From assembly GCA_023410645.1 (NCBI GenBank), contig JAEYPQ010000023.1:3168-67167 (forward strand): a stretch of DNA of 64,000 nt, given 5' to 3'. This document shows positions 1 to 10,700 of the stretch, one piece after another. The DNA is from Bacillota bacterium. GTDB taxonomy: Bacteria > Bacillota > Clostridia > TANB77 > CAG-465. Positions within the stretch are counted from its first letter, which is position 1, and each line of letters opens with the position of its first letter. The notes beneath the pieces are model-generated. The model ran no database searches, was not told the DNA's origin, and saw only the letters and a program-made list of their open reading frames with translations. Both the position numbers and the translations under genes were made by a program.

Positions 1-1
1 T

Positions 2-1702
2 GCTATACAATCAAATCAAAATGATCAACATGGTGGTCAAAGTATACCAAACTTTGAGTATGCAATGGCAATAGGTGTAAGAAAAACATACAAAAAAGAA
101 CATCTTAAAAATTTAACAAAAGCTATTGAGTTATTAACTGATAGAGAAGATGCAACTAAATATGCAAAATCTATAGTACAAGAAATTAAATATGAAAAGG
201 ATTTAGTAGCAACTTTAGAAGATTCTAATGGATATTTAAAAGAAGAAAAGAAATATCTATCAAAAGATTTTGATGAAAAAACAGTAAATAAAATACAAGA
301 ATTTGTTAAAAAATATACTGAAAAAGAAGTTGAAAAAGCAACTTACCAAGCAATGGAAGGCTTTATACATAATTTAAATACTATGCATTCAAGAGCAGGC
401 GCTCAAGTTCCATTTAGTAGTATAAACTATGGACTTGATACCACTCCAGAAGGTAGACTTGTTATGAAACAATTACTTCTTACAACTGAAGCAGGACTTG
501 GTAATGGTGAAACACCAATATTCCCTATACAAATATTAAAAATAAAAGATGGAATTAACTATAATGAGGGTGAACCAAACTATGATATATTTAAGCTTGC
601 TTGCAGAGTATCTGCAAAAAGATTATTTCCAAACTTTTCATTTATAGATGCACCATTTAATTTACAATATTATAGACCAGGTGATTACAACACTGAAGTA
701 TCATATATGGGATGCAGAACTAGGGTTATGGCAAATGTATATGATAGAACAAGAGAAGTAACTGCTGGTAGAGGTAATTTAAGTTTTACTTCAATAAATC
801 TACCAAGACTTGGAATTTTGGCAAATGGTGACATAGACGAATTCTTTAAAATGTTAGATGAAAAAATGGATTTAGTAGTTGACCAATTACTTCATAGATT
901 AGAGATTCAATCTAGTAAAAAAGTTAGAAATTATCCATTCTTAATGGGTCAAGGCGTATGGCTTGATTCAGAAAAATTAAGTATAGATGATGAAGTAAGA
1001 GAAATATTAAAACATGGTACATTAACAGTTGGATTTATAGGTCTTGCAGAAACTTTGAAATCTCTAATAGGCGTTCATCATGGTGAAAGTGAAGAGGCAC
1101 AAAAATTAGGTCTTAGAATAATTGGATATATGAGAGACAGAATGGATAAAGAATCAGAAAATAGAGGACTTAATTTCTCACTTATTGCTACACCTGCTGA
1201 AGGACTTTCTGGAAGATTCGTTAAAATGGATAGAAAAAGATTTGGTAAAATTGAAGGCGTAACAGATAGAGATTATTATACAAATTCATTCCATGTACCT
1301 GTATATTATAAAATTAATGCATTTGATAAAATAAAAAGAGAGGCTCCATATCATGAGTTAACTAATGGCGGTCATATAAGTTATGTTGAATTAGATGGAG
1401 ATCCTACAAAAAACTTAGAAGCATTTGAACAAATAATTAGATGCATGAAAGAATCAGGAATAGGATATGGATCTGTAAACCATCCAGTAGATAGAGATCC
1501 AATTTGTGGATACACTGGTGTTATTGAAGATGTTTGCCCACAATGTGGAAGACGTGAACATGAAGATAATAAAGGTGGATTTGAAAGAATAAGAAGGATA
1601 ACTGGATACTTAGTTGGAACTGTTGATAGATTTAACAATGGAAAAAGAGCAGAAGAACATGATAGGGTGAAACATTTCGTAACAGAATGTGATTGTGATT
1701 AA
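2..1702 (+). CDS. nrdD: Anaerobic (class III) ribonucleoside-triphosphate reductase NrdD, 5'-truncated by the window edge. The reading frame is open from base 2, upstream of the first ATG at 65.
   Basis: Long ORF. The C-terminus carries the Zn-ribbon CPQC...CDCD flanking the glycyl-radical motif RRITGYLVG, and the product resembles NrdD throughout. nrdG follows. Confidence 0.9.
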   Translation, partial: AIQSNQNDQHGGQSIPNFEYAMAIGVRKTYKKEHLKNLTKAIELLTDREDATKYAKSIVQEIKYEKDLVATLEDSNGYLKEEKKYLSKDFDEKTVNKIQEFVKKYTEKEVEKATYQAMEGFIHNLNTMHSRAGAQVPFSSINYGLDTTPEGRLVMKQLLLTTEAGLGNGETPIFPIQILKIKDGINYNEGEPNYDIFKLACRVSAKRLFPNFSFIDAPFNLQYYRPGDYNTEVSYMGCRTRVMANVYDRTREVTAGRGNLSFTSINLPRLGILANGDIDEFFKMLDEKMDLVVDQLLHRLEIQSSKKVRNYPFLMGQGVWLDSEKLSIDDEVREILKHGTLTVGFIGLAETLKSLIGVHHGESEEAQKLGLRIIGYMRDRMDKESENRGLNFSLIATPAEGLSGRFVKMDRKRFGKIEGVTDRDYYTNSFHVPVYYKINAFDKIKREAPYHELTNGGHISYVELDGDPTKNLEAFEQIIRCMKESGIGYGSVNHPVDRDPICGYTGVIEDVCPQCGRREHEDNKGGFERIRRITGYLVGTVDRFNNGKRAEEHDRVKHFVTECDCD

Positions 1703-1747
1703 GTAATAGTTGTAGTATTTATCATAGTATTAAGAGGGGGAATTATT

Positions 1748-2032
1748 ATGAAAATAAACGTTATAGGTGGGGAAATGAATCAAAAGGAAATTGATGCATA
1801 TGTAAAGCACATTAATGCAGAATATCCTGATAAGACAGTAAGTACTTTAGATATAAAAATTGATGGTGAATATGTCGATATTAATTATACATTTGAAACT
1901 GTACCTTTTGAGAGAATAAGAAGAATAACTGGATATCTAGTTGGAACTGTTGATAGATTTAACAATGGAAAAAGAGCAGAAGAACGTGATAGAGTAAAAC
2001 ATTCATTAGAATGTAGTTGTGCTGAGTTTTAG
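1748..2032 (+). CDS. Small (94 aa) autonomous glycyl-radical-domain protein. Its C-terminal 40 aa duplicate the NrdD glycyl-radical tail, so it may act as a GrcA/YfiD-like spare part for NrdD.
   Basis: Strong RBS AAGAGGGGG lies 7 nt before the ATG. nt 1903-1996 are about 90% identical to nt 1579-1672, the nrdD 3' end. The protein retains FERIRRITGYLVGTVDRFNNGKRAEE(R/H)DRVKH. It sits between nrdD and nrdG, and its stop overlaps the nrdG RBS. Confidence 0.6.
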   Translation: MKINVIGGEMNQKEIDAYVKHINAEYPDKTVSTLDIKIDGEYVDINYTFETVPFERIRRITGYLVGTVDRFNNGKRAEERDRVKHSLECSCAEF

Positions 2033-2045
2033 GAGATGTATTTAA

Positions 2046-2555
2046 TTGGAAGAGACTATAAGAATTGCTGGTGTTGTAAAAGAATCTATTGTTGATGGGC
2101 CAGGTATAAGATATGTTATTTTTACCCAAGGTTGCCCACATAAATGTGAAGGTTGTCATAATCCGCAAACTCATGATTTTAATGGTGGAAAAATAGTTAA
2201 TATTTCTAAATTATTAGATGATATTAAAAAGAATCCATTAATAAAAGGAATTACAGTAAGTGGTGGAGAACCATTTGCACAAGCAAGTAATGTTGCTAAA
2301 TTAATATATAGTTTAGACAAAAATAGGTATAATATAATGGTTTATACTGGATATACATACGAAAATTTAATTAAAAATTCAACAGATAAAAATGGATTTT
2401 TAAAATTACTTAATCTAACAGATATATTAATTGATGGTAAATTTGAGATAACTTTAAAAGATAGTTTTATTCCATTTAGAGGTAGTTCTAATCAGCGCGC
2501 AATCGATGTAAAAGAAAGTTTAAAATCAAATGAGGTTATATTATATAACTTCTAG
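2046..2555 (+). CDS. nrdG: Anaerobic ribonucleotide reductase activating enzyme (radical SAM)
   Basis: GCPHKCEGCHN provides the CxxxCxxC radical-SAM cluster. The size (169 aa) fits, and the gene lies downstream of nrdD. It has a TTG start with AGGAG 10 nt upstream. Confidence 0.85.
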   Translation: MEETIRIAGVVKESIVDGPGIRYVIFTQGCPHKCEGCHNPQTHDFNGGKIVNISKLLDDIKKNPLIKGITVSGGEPFAQASNVAKLIYSLDKNRYNIMVYTGYTYENLIKNSTDKNGFLKLLNLTDILIDGKFEITLKDSFIPFRGSSNQRAIDVKESLKSNEVILYNF

Positions 2556-2570
2556 AATATGAGGTAATTT

Positions 2571-3020
2571 ATGCATTGTATTAAGTGTGGATACGAAGAA
2601 AGTAAGGTAGTAGATTCAAGATCTATTGAAGAAGGAAATTCAATTAGAAGGAGAAGAGAGTGTTTAAATTGCAAAAATAGATTTACAACTTACGAGAAAA
2701 TAGAATATACACCTATTATGGTAATAAAGAAAAATGGCATGAGAGAGCAATTTGATAGAAATAAAATAATAAATGGAATGCTTAGAGCATGTGAAAAAAG
2801 ACCTGTTTCTATTGAGGCAATTGAAAAATCAGTAGATGAAATTGAAATGGAAATAAATAATTCAATGGCAAAAGAAATTGAAGCAACTAAAATAGGTGAA
2901 CTTGTAATTGATAAAATAAAAGCTTTAGATGAAATTGCATATGTAAGATTTGCATCTGTATATAGACAGTTTAAAGATATAAATGAATTTAAAAAAGAGT
3001 TAAATAAACTATTAAAATAA
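2571..3020 (+). CDS. nrdR: Transcriptional repressor NrdR (zinc ribbon plus ATP-cone)
   Basis: The N-terminus [17 protein letters not shown]...[12 protein letters not shown] is a Zn ribbon. ATP-cone-like residues follow. The protein is 149 aa. Confidence 0.9.
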   Translation: MHCIKCGYEESKVVDSRSIEEGNSIRRRRECLNCKNRFTTYEKIEYTPIMVIKKNGMREQFDRNKIINGMLRACEKRPVSIEAIEKSVDEIEMEINNSMAKEIEATKIGELVIDKIKALDEIAYVRFASVYRQFKDINEFKKELNKLLK

Positions 3021-3026
3021 ATGAGA

Positions 3027-3056
3027 AGACTGTTGATAATTTGGTATCAACAGTCT
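3027..3056. terminator. Bidirectional intrinsic terminator between nrdR (+) and the Crp-family gene (-)
   Basis: Inverted repeat AGACTGTTGATA-atttgg-TATCAACAGTCT. Confidence 0.6.
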
Positions 3057-3741
3057 ATTCTATGTATCTAATTAACTCTTTTAAATTTATTATCTTAAAA
3101 TATGATTTATTATAATCAATAATTTTTTCATCACGCATTCTTGATAGTTCTCTTGACATTGAAGGTCTTGAAACGTTTAAAAAGTTCGCTAAATCTTCTC
3201 TGTTAAATGGTATGGTAAATATATCACTCTTTACATTTGTATACGAATTATATATGAATGTGGATAATTTACATCTCATACTTTTTATAGATATATAATC
3301 AATTTTTTGATTTAATATACTGGCTTTAGTTGCAAGCTCAAAAATCATATTCTGTAAAATAACATTTTCTTTATTTGAAAAATGAGTATTCAAATGCAAT
3401 AAAGAATCAATAGATATAAACATTACTTTGACATTACTTAATGAAGTTGCAGTAATATTTTTATTAAATCTAGTAGATAATGCTATTACTTCTCCAAATA
3501 TATCTCCTTTGCCAAATATAGAAATTGTAGTTTTATTTCCAGATATACTTGTTTTTGCAATTTCTACTTTACCATCTAGTATTAATCCTATTTTTTCCAA
3601 TATATCATTTGGATATATTATTATATTTGATGTTGAATAATCAATTATCTCAATGTCTAATTCTTTTAAAGTTTCTAATATGTCATTTTCATTTAATGAC
3701 TTAAATAAATAGAATTTTTTTAATGTATCTATATAATTATT
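3055..3741 (-). CDS. Crp/Fnr-family transcriptional regulator (cNMP-binding domain plus C-terminal HTH). No N-terminal Cys cluster is present, so it is CRP-like rather than FNR-like.
   Basis: The C-terminal HTH reads REDLANFLNVSRPSMSRELSRM. The frame stays open 120-150 nt upstream of the TTG used by the ORF track, and that stretch encodes a typical cNMP-domain beginning (YIDTLKKFYLFKSLNENDILETL...). There is no ATG, GTG or TTG between the upstream in-frame stop and the track's TTG. The true start is therefore uncertain. Confidence 0.7.
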   Translation of the reverse strand, partial: NNYIDTLKKFYLFKSLNENDILETLKELDIEIIDYSTSNIIIYPNDILEKIGLILDGKVEIAKTSISGNKTTISIFGKGDIFGEVIALSTRFNKNITATSLSNVKVMFISIDSLLHLNTHFSNKENVILQNMIFELATKASILNQKIDYISIKSMRCKLSTFIYNSYTNVKSDIFTIPFNREDLANFLNVSRPSMSRELSRMRDEKIIDYNKSYFKIINLKELIRYIE

Positions 3742-3828
3742 TATATAATCACCTCATTTTGTAGCCATAGCTACTGAAATTTTAGTTAAATTATACTATA
3801 ATTAGTTATATAAATCAAGGAGGAAGAA

Positions 3829-4530
3829 ATGAAAAGAAAAATAATAAAAGTAATTGAAGAGAAATGTAATGGTTGTGGTTTATGCATAAATGCATGTCAT
3901 GAAGGTGCGTTACAATTAATAGATGGAAAAGCAAAGTTAGTAAGTGATACATATTGTGATGGATTAGGAGCTTGTTTACCTAATTGTCCTGTTGGAGCAC
4001 TAGAAATAATAGAGAGAGAAGCAGATGATTTTGATGAAATATCTGTTAATAAAAATATGAATTTAAATATGCATTTTAGTGGATGTCCTTCAACAAGAAT
4101 GAGGATGAATGTTAAAAACAATACAGATAATAATATTAATTACAAAAAAAAATTAAATGATAATATAGGATCAGAATTAAAACAATGGCCATGTCAAATA
4201 AGATTGGTTCCATATAACGCGCCATTTTTAAATAATTGTAATTTGTTAATTGCAGCTGATTGTACTGCTTTTGCATATCCAAATATACAAGAAGTAATGA
4301 AAGATAAAATCACACTTATTGGTTGCCCAAAATTGGATGATGTAGATTATACTAATAAGTTAACTGAAATCTTAAAATATAATAAAATTAACAGTGTAAC
4401 TGTAATACGTATGGAAGTTCCATGTTGTGGAGGTATAGCTTCTGCAGTTATAAGAGCTATAAAAGGCGCAAGCATTAATATGGACCTAAATGTAATAACA
4501 ATATCAGTAGGGGGTAATGTTATAGAATAA
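3829..4530 (+). CDS. 4Fe-4S dicluster (ferredoxin-type) domain protein
   Basis: Two ferredoxin motifs, CNGCGLCINAC and CDGLGACLPNCP, plus extra C-terminal Cys pairs. The RBS is AAGGAGGA. Confidence 0.7.
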   Translation: MKRKIIKVIEEKCNGCGLCINACHEGALQLIDGKAKLVSDTYCDGLGACLPNCPVGALEIIEREADDFDEISVNKNMNLNMHFSGCPSTRMRMNVKNNTDNNINYKKKLNDNIGSELKQWPCQIRLVPYNAPFLNNCNLLIAADCTAFAYPNIQEVMKDKITLIGCPKLDDVDYTNKLTEILKYNKINSVTVIRMEVPCCGGIASAVIRAIKGASINMDLNVITISVGGNVIE

Positions 4531-4574
4531 CTTATTTACTTTTATGTAGAAATACAAATTTATAAAAAATTAGA

Positions 4575-4615
4575 AGAATATATTTTACTTATAATGTGAA
4601 TATATTCTTTTTTTA
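4575..4615 (+). terminator. Intrinsic terminator after the ferredoxin-domain gene
   Basis: Perfect 10-bp inverted repeat AGAATATATT...AATATATTCT followed by a T7 run. Confidence 0.6.
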
Positions 4616-4648
4616 TGTACAATAATGCCTAAAACAAGTTAAAATATA

Positions 4649-4677
4649 TTGATTTTATATTTATTATTTGATATACT
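4649..4677 (+). promoter_or_regulatory. Putative sigma-A promoter of the NRPS operon
   Basis: TTGATT, a 17-nt spacer, then TATACT, about 50 nt upstream of the NRPS start. Confidence 0.4.
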
Positions 4678-4725
4678 TATAAATATCGAAATAGTAGTGA
4701 ATTTGTCAAAAAAAGAGGTAAAGAT

Positions 4726-7700
4726 ATGGATAAAAAATACAAATTAAGTTTTCCACAAGAAAATATATTATTGGTTGAAAAGTTAAATACTAGATCATCT
4801 GTAAATACTATAACAGGTACAATAAAAATTGATGATATATTTAACGAAGAATACTGTAAACTTGCAATAAATAAACTTCTTAAAAATAATGAATTATTAA
4901 GAATAAAAATTGTAGATGAAGTAAATGACTCATATCAAATAATTCAAGATTTTGAATATCAGGAAGTTGAGGTTTTAGATTTACAAAATTATTCAATTGA
5001 ACAAATAAATGAGACTTTATCTAAAATTGGAACTCAATCAATTAATTTAGAAAGTAAATTATTAATTGAGCCTAAGATTTTAAAATATTCAGATAATTGT
5101 GGCGCAATAGTTATAAAGATACATCATATCATAGCTGATGCATGGAGTCTTTATGAAATAGCAACAAAATTAAGGGAGTACTATATTGATGCTTTAAATA
5201 AAATCGAATCACGTGATAATTTCTCAGAAAGTTATTTTGATTATATAGAATCTGAGAAGGAATATTGTAATTCTGAAAAATATGAGAATGATAAAATGTT
5301 TTGGAATGAATATCTGAATAATATTGGTAATCCAGTAAATATAAAAGATAAATCGATAAAAACTTCTAATAAAGCAAAGAGATTTTCTGCATCATTAGAT
5401 TCTGAATTAAATGGATGTATAAATAATTATTGTAAGTCCAACGGAGTTTCAGTATATTCATTGTTTTTAGCTGCGATTTCAACATATATATATAGAGTTA
5501 GAAATGAAAAAGATATTATACTTGGTACACCATTACTTAACAGATCTAATTTTAAAGAAAAGAATATGTTAGGTATGTTTATATCTACTTTACCTATTAG
5601 AATTAAAATAGATGAAAATATGAAATTTATGGAACTAGTAAAAATGGTATCTAGTAATACTAAATCTATATTTAAACATCAAAAATATCCATATTATAAA
5701 ATATTGGAAAATATACACAGTACTACCAATATAAAAGATAATTTATTTGATATAGTTTTATCATTTCAAAATGGAAAAGTTAAATATCAGGATCAAAATT
5801 TCAACATAGATTGGTTGTTCTCTGGAGATATTCAAAATAGTTTAGAAATACATATATTAGATCCACAAAGTACAGGAATATTAAAAATTAATTATGATTA
5901 TTTGGTGGACTTATTTAGTGAAGTTGATATTATGTATTTACATAGAAGAATAATTAGTATAATAAAAACTGCAATAAACGATGAAAATTATAATTTAAAT
6001 GATATTAATATATTGGATAATTTAGAAGAAAAAATGATATATAGTATTAATGAAAATAATATAGATTATCCATCTGATAAGAGTATAGTACAATTATTTG
6101 AAGAACAAGTTGCAAAGAACCCTAATAATATAGCGCTTAAATTTCAAAATACTAGCATGACTTATTATGAATTAAATAAAGAATCAAATAAATTGGCAAA
6201 TTTTTTAAAGAATAAAATGGGAATATCAAGAAATGATGTTGTATCTATAATTATTAATAGAGGCTTTAATATGATAATAAGTATTCTTGGAATATTAAAG
6301 GCTGGAGCATCATATTTGCCGATAGAACCAACATTTCCAAAGGATAGAATAGATTACATTATTAAAGATAGTAATACTAAAATTATAATATGTTCTGATA
6401 ATGTAAAATTAGACTATAATAATATACCAAAAATAAACATAGATAATTATGAGTTTAGGAATACTGAAGACAATAATATTAATATTGTTAATGATATAGA
6501 AGACTCAATATATATAATGTATACTTCTGGAACAACTGGAAAACCCAAAGGTGTGTTAATAACTCACAAAAATATAACTAATCTAATATTTTCAGTTATA
6601 AATCATCAAAACTTATATGAATGTAATGTATGGGGAAATTTTTCAACATATTCTTTTGATATATTTATTTTAGAGGCTATAGTTCCACTTGCAATTGGAA
6701 AACAAGTTGTAATTTTAGATGAAACGGAACAAAAGACCCCAAAGAATATGAAAGAATGTATTATAAAAAATCAAATTGATGTTATGAATATGACACCAAC
6801 GAAATTTAAACTTTTACTTGAATATGATAAGGAAAATAATGCATTAATTGGATTAAAGAGATTGATGCTTGGAGGGGAAGTATTTCCAACTAATTATTAT
6901 GATAAAATAAGAAAAAGAACTAATGCAATTATTTATAATGGATATGGACCAACTGAGACTACAGTGTGGTGTACTTCAAAGATATTAAAAGATCCTAATG
7001 ATATAAATATAGGGGTACCGCTTCCAAATATAAAAGCATATATATTAGATGATAAAAATAAAATCTTACCACTTGGAATAACTGGTGAGTTATGTATTGG
7101 TGGAGATGGTGTCGGTAAAGGATATCATAATCGAGAAGAACTTACAAATCAAAGATTTATTGATACTGAATATGGAAAATTGTACAGAACTGGTGATTTG
7201 TGTTATTTGAATTACAACTGTGACATTAATTATGTGGGAAGAAAAGATTCACAAGTAAAAATACATGGATTAAGAATAGAGATTGAAGAAATAGAAAATG
7301 TAATTAAGTCTTTTGATGGTATAAGCCAAGTAGCTGTTATTGTAAATGAAAATCAAAACTTATGTGTATATTTTACTTCAACCCAAGAAATTATAATTGA
7401 AGATTTAAAATCATACTTGAAGTCTAAATTACCTAATTATATGGTTCCAACTATGTATATGAAAATTGATAAATTTTATATTACTGATATAGGAAAATTG
7501 GATAAAAAAAGATTACCAAAATTTGAATTGAATATTGATTACAATAAATACATAAAACCTGAAACAAAAACAGAATTAATATTGGAAAAAAACTTAAAGG
7601 AAATATTAAAAGTAGATAAGATAAGTATTGATAAAGATTTAATTGAATTAGGACTTGATTCTCTAGGAACTATAAAATTAATATCCCTACTAAATAATAT

Positions 7701-10700
7701 GGGAATTGATATTACTTATCAAGATATTTTCAATAATTCTACTATTCATAGAATTGGTAAATTAATTGATGAAAATAAAAAAGTAAGTCATATAACCAAA
7801 GCTATTGAAAATAAGATTAATGCTCCTATTACTCCTGCTCAAAAGGGAATATTCATAAATTCATCAATGACTGAAAATAAAATGCTATATAATGTTCCTT
7901 TTGAAATAAAGTTTTCAAATAAAATTGATATAGAAAAATTGAAAAAGTCAATAGAGTCAGCTATATTAAAAAATAAGTCATTATTTACAAAATTTAAAAT
8001 TGAAAATGATGAAATACATCAATACTTAGACTATGATAAAAATTATAGGGTTGTCGAGCATAATGTAACTTATGATGAGTATTTACATACAAAAAATATA
8101 TATGATAAGAGTTTTGAAATATTAGAAGACAGATTATTTGATTTTAATATATATACTACTGAAAGAGCTATATATGCAATAGCAAATTTCCATCATATAA
8201 TATTTGATGGTACATCAATATACATTTTTTTAAATGACATCATAAATAGTTATAATGGATCTAAAATCAATGTAGATAAATGTGAATTAATCGAGGATTT
8301 AAATACAGAGGTTAGTGAAATTAAATATAATACTGCAAAAAAATACTTTCTTGATGAATTTAGTGACGAATTACCAGTTAATTCATTACCACTTGATATG
8401 CCAAGATCAAAATTTAGATCGTTTAATGGTGATAAAGTTAAATTAATTGTTGATGAGGATATTGTTGAAAAATTAAATATTTATTCTAGAAATAATAAAG
8501 TAACTATGAATAGTATATTTTTATCATTATTTAATTTTACATTATCAAAGTACATGTATAATGAAGATATAATAATAGGAATTGCAGCAGATTCAAGGAG
8601 TTCAAAAAGACAGTTTAATTCTACGGGGATGTATGTATCAACTTTACCTTTTAGAACAAAAATAAATTTTGAAGATAAATGTTTAGAATATATAAAAAGT
8701 ATTCAGAATAAATTAATATCCACTTTAGATAATATTTCATATAGTTATGATGACCTTATAAAGGAACTAAATATACCAAGGGACTCTGCAAGAAATCCAT
8801 TGTTTGATGTAATGTTTGTGTATCAAAATTCTGGAATACCAGAAGTTACCTTAGAAAATGAAACTGTTGAAATATCACCAATTTATTATAATACTTCAAA
8901 ATTTGATTTAACTTGCGAAATACTTCCTAATGATAATATAATTGAAATAAATATTGAATATTGTAGAGATTTATTTTTTAGAGAAACAATAGAAAGATTT
9001 TGTGAAAATTACTTAAACTCAATTAGATGTATAATAAATAATGAAAAATTATTATTAGAAGATATAGATATTATTTCTGATTATGAAAAAAATAAAATCT
9101 TAAACGAGTTCAATAATTCTAGTGTAAAGTATGATGATAAACTAAATATAGTAGAGATATTTGAAAACCAGGTAAAGATAAATCCAAACTCTATTGCAGT
9201 AGTATCTGAGAATAATAGTTTAACTTATACTGAACTTAATGAAAAATCAAATATTGTAGCGCATAATTTAATAAAAAATGGTGTTAAAAAAGGTGACATG
9301 ATTTGCATAATGGTAGATAAATCATTAGAGGTAATGGTAGGAATACTTGGAATACTAAAAGCTGGAGCTGTGTATGTACCAATTGAAATTGATTGTCCAC
9401 CATCAAGAATTAAATATATAATTGAGGATACAAAATCAAAATATATATTAACATCTAATAAAAATAAAATTGATTCTAGTCAATGTACATTAATAGATAT
9501 AACAATAGATAAAAGTGAAATATTTAAGGATGGCAATAAGCATAATTTAGCAATAAGCATAAATTCTAACGATAATGCATATGTCATGTATACTTCTGGT
9601 ACAACAGGTAAGCCAAAAGGCGTAATTATTACTCATAAGAATGTAGTTAGTTTAATTCAAAATACCAATTACATAAAATTAGAAAAAGATGACAGAATAC
9701 TTCAAACAGGATCTTTAGCTTTTGATGCAACTACATTTGAATATTACTCTGCACTATTTAATTCACTACCTCTTTACTTTATGAAGAAATCCAATTTACT
9801 TGATTTAGAGAAATTTGAAGATTTTGTTATTAAGAATAAAATTACTGTAATATTTTTAACTACTCAATTATTTAATCAGATAGTAGAGTATAATCCTTTA
9901 GTATTTTCAAATGTTAGAGTTATACTTACTGGTGGTGAAATACATTCAATAAAACATTTAAATGTTGTTCTTCAAAAATGCAAAAATTTAAATTTAAGTA
10001 ATGTATATGGACCTACTGAAAACACTACGTTTTCTACTTATTATCCTATAAAAGATAAAGTGAATAAAAATGTACCAATTGGTAAACCAATTGCTAATAA
10101 AACATGTTATATTGTTGATAAATGTAATAAGCTATGTCCAATAAATGTACCAGGTGAATTAGTAGTTGGCGGCGATGGTGTTGCAAATGGATATTTAAAC
10201 AAGCCAGAAGTCACAAAGGATAAATTTATTAAAAATATATTCTCTAATGACGGTAATATATTATATAGGACAGGAGATTTATCTAGGTATTATAGTGATG
10301 GAAATATAGATTTTATTGGAAGAATTGACACACAAATAAAGATTAGAGGATTTAGAATAGAACCTGATGAAATTAGCCATAAAATGTTAGAAAATAAAAA
10401 TATAAAAGATGCAGTTATAATTTTAGAAAAAATAAAAAATAATAAAGTATTAGTTGCATATTACACTTCAGATGAAATTATTGAAGAAGAGTATTTATCT
10501 AAAGAATTAAAAAAATATTTTAATAATTATATGATACCATCTTATTTTATAAAAGTAGATAAGATTCCTATGAATTCCAATGGTAAAGTAAATAAAAGTG
10601 AATTAAATATTATTTTTAAAAAATATTTAATAAAAAGAAATAAATCTAAGAAAAATACTAGTTTATCAGGTATATACTTGGATATATATAAACTTTTCAA

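Noticed and set aside
1381-1638. 85-aa minus-strand ORF
   Set aside because: It is antisense within nrdD and is a spurious AT-rich ORF.
3740-3830. Possible FNR/CRP box (TTAGTTATATAAATCAA) in the crp-ferredoxin divergent region
   Set aside because: It is a poor match to TTGAT-N4-ATCAA, and the region is simply AT-rich.
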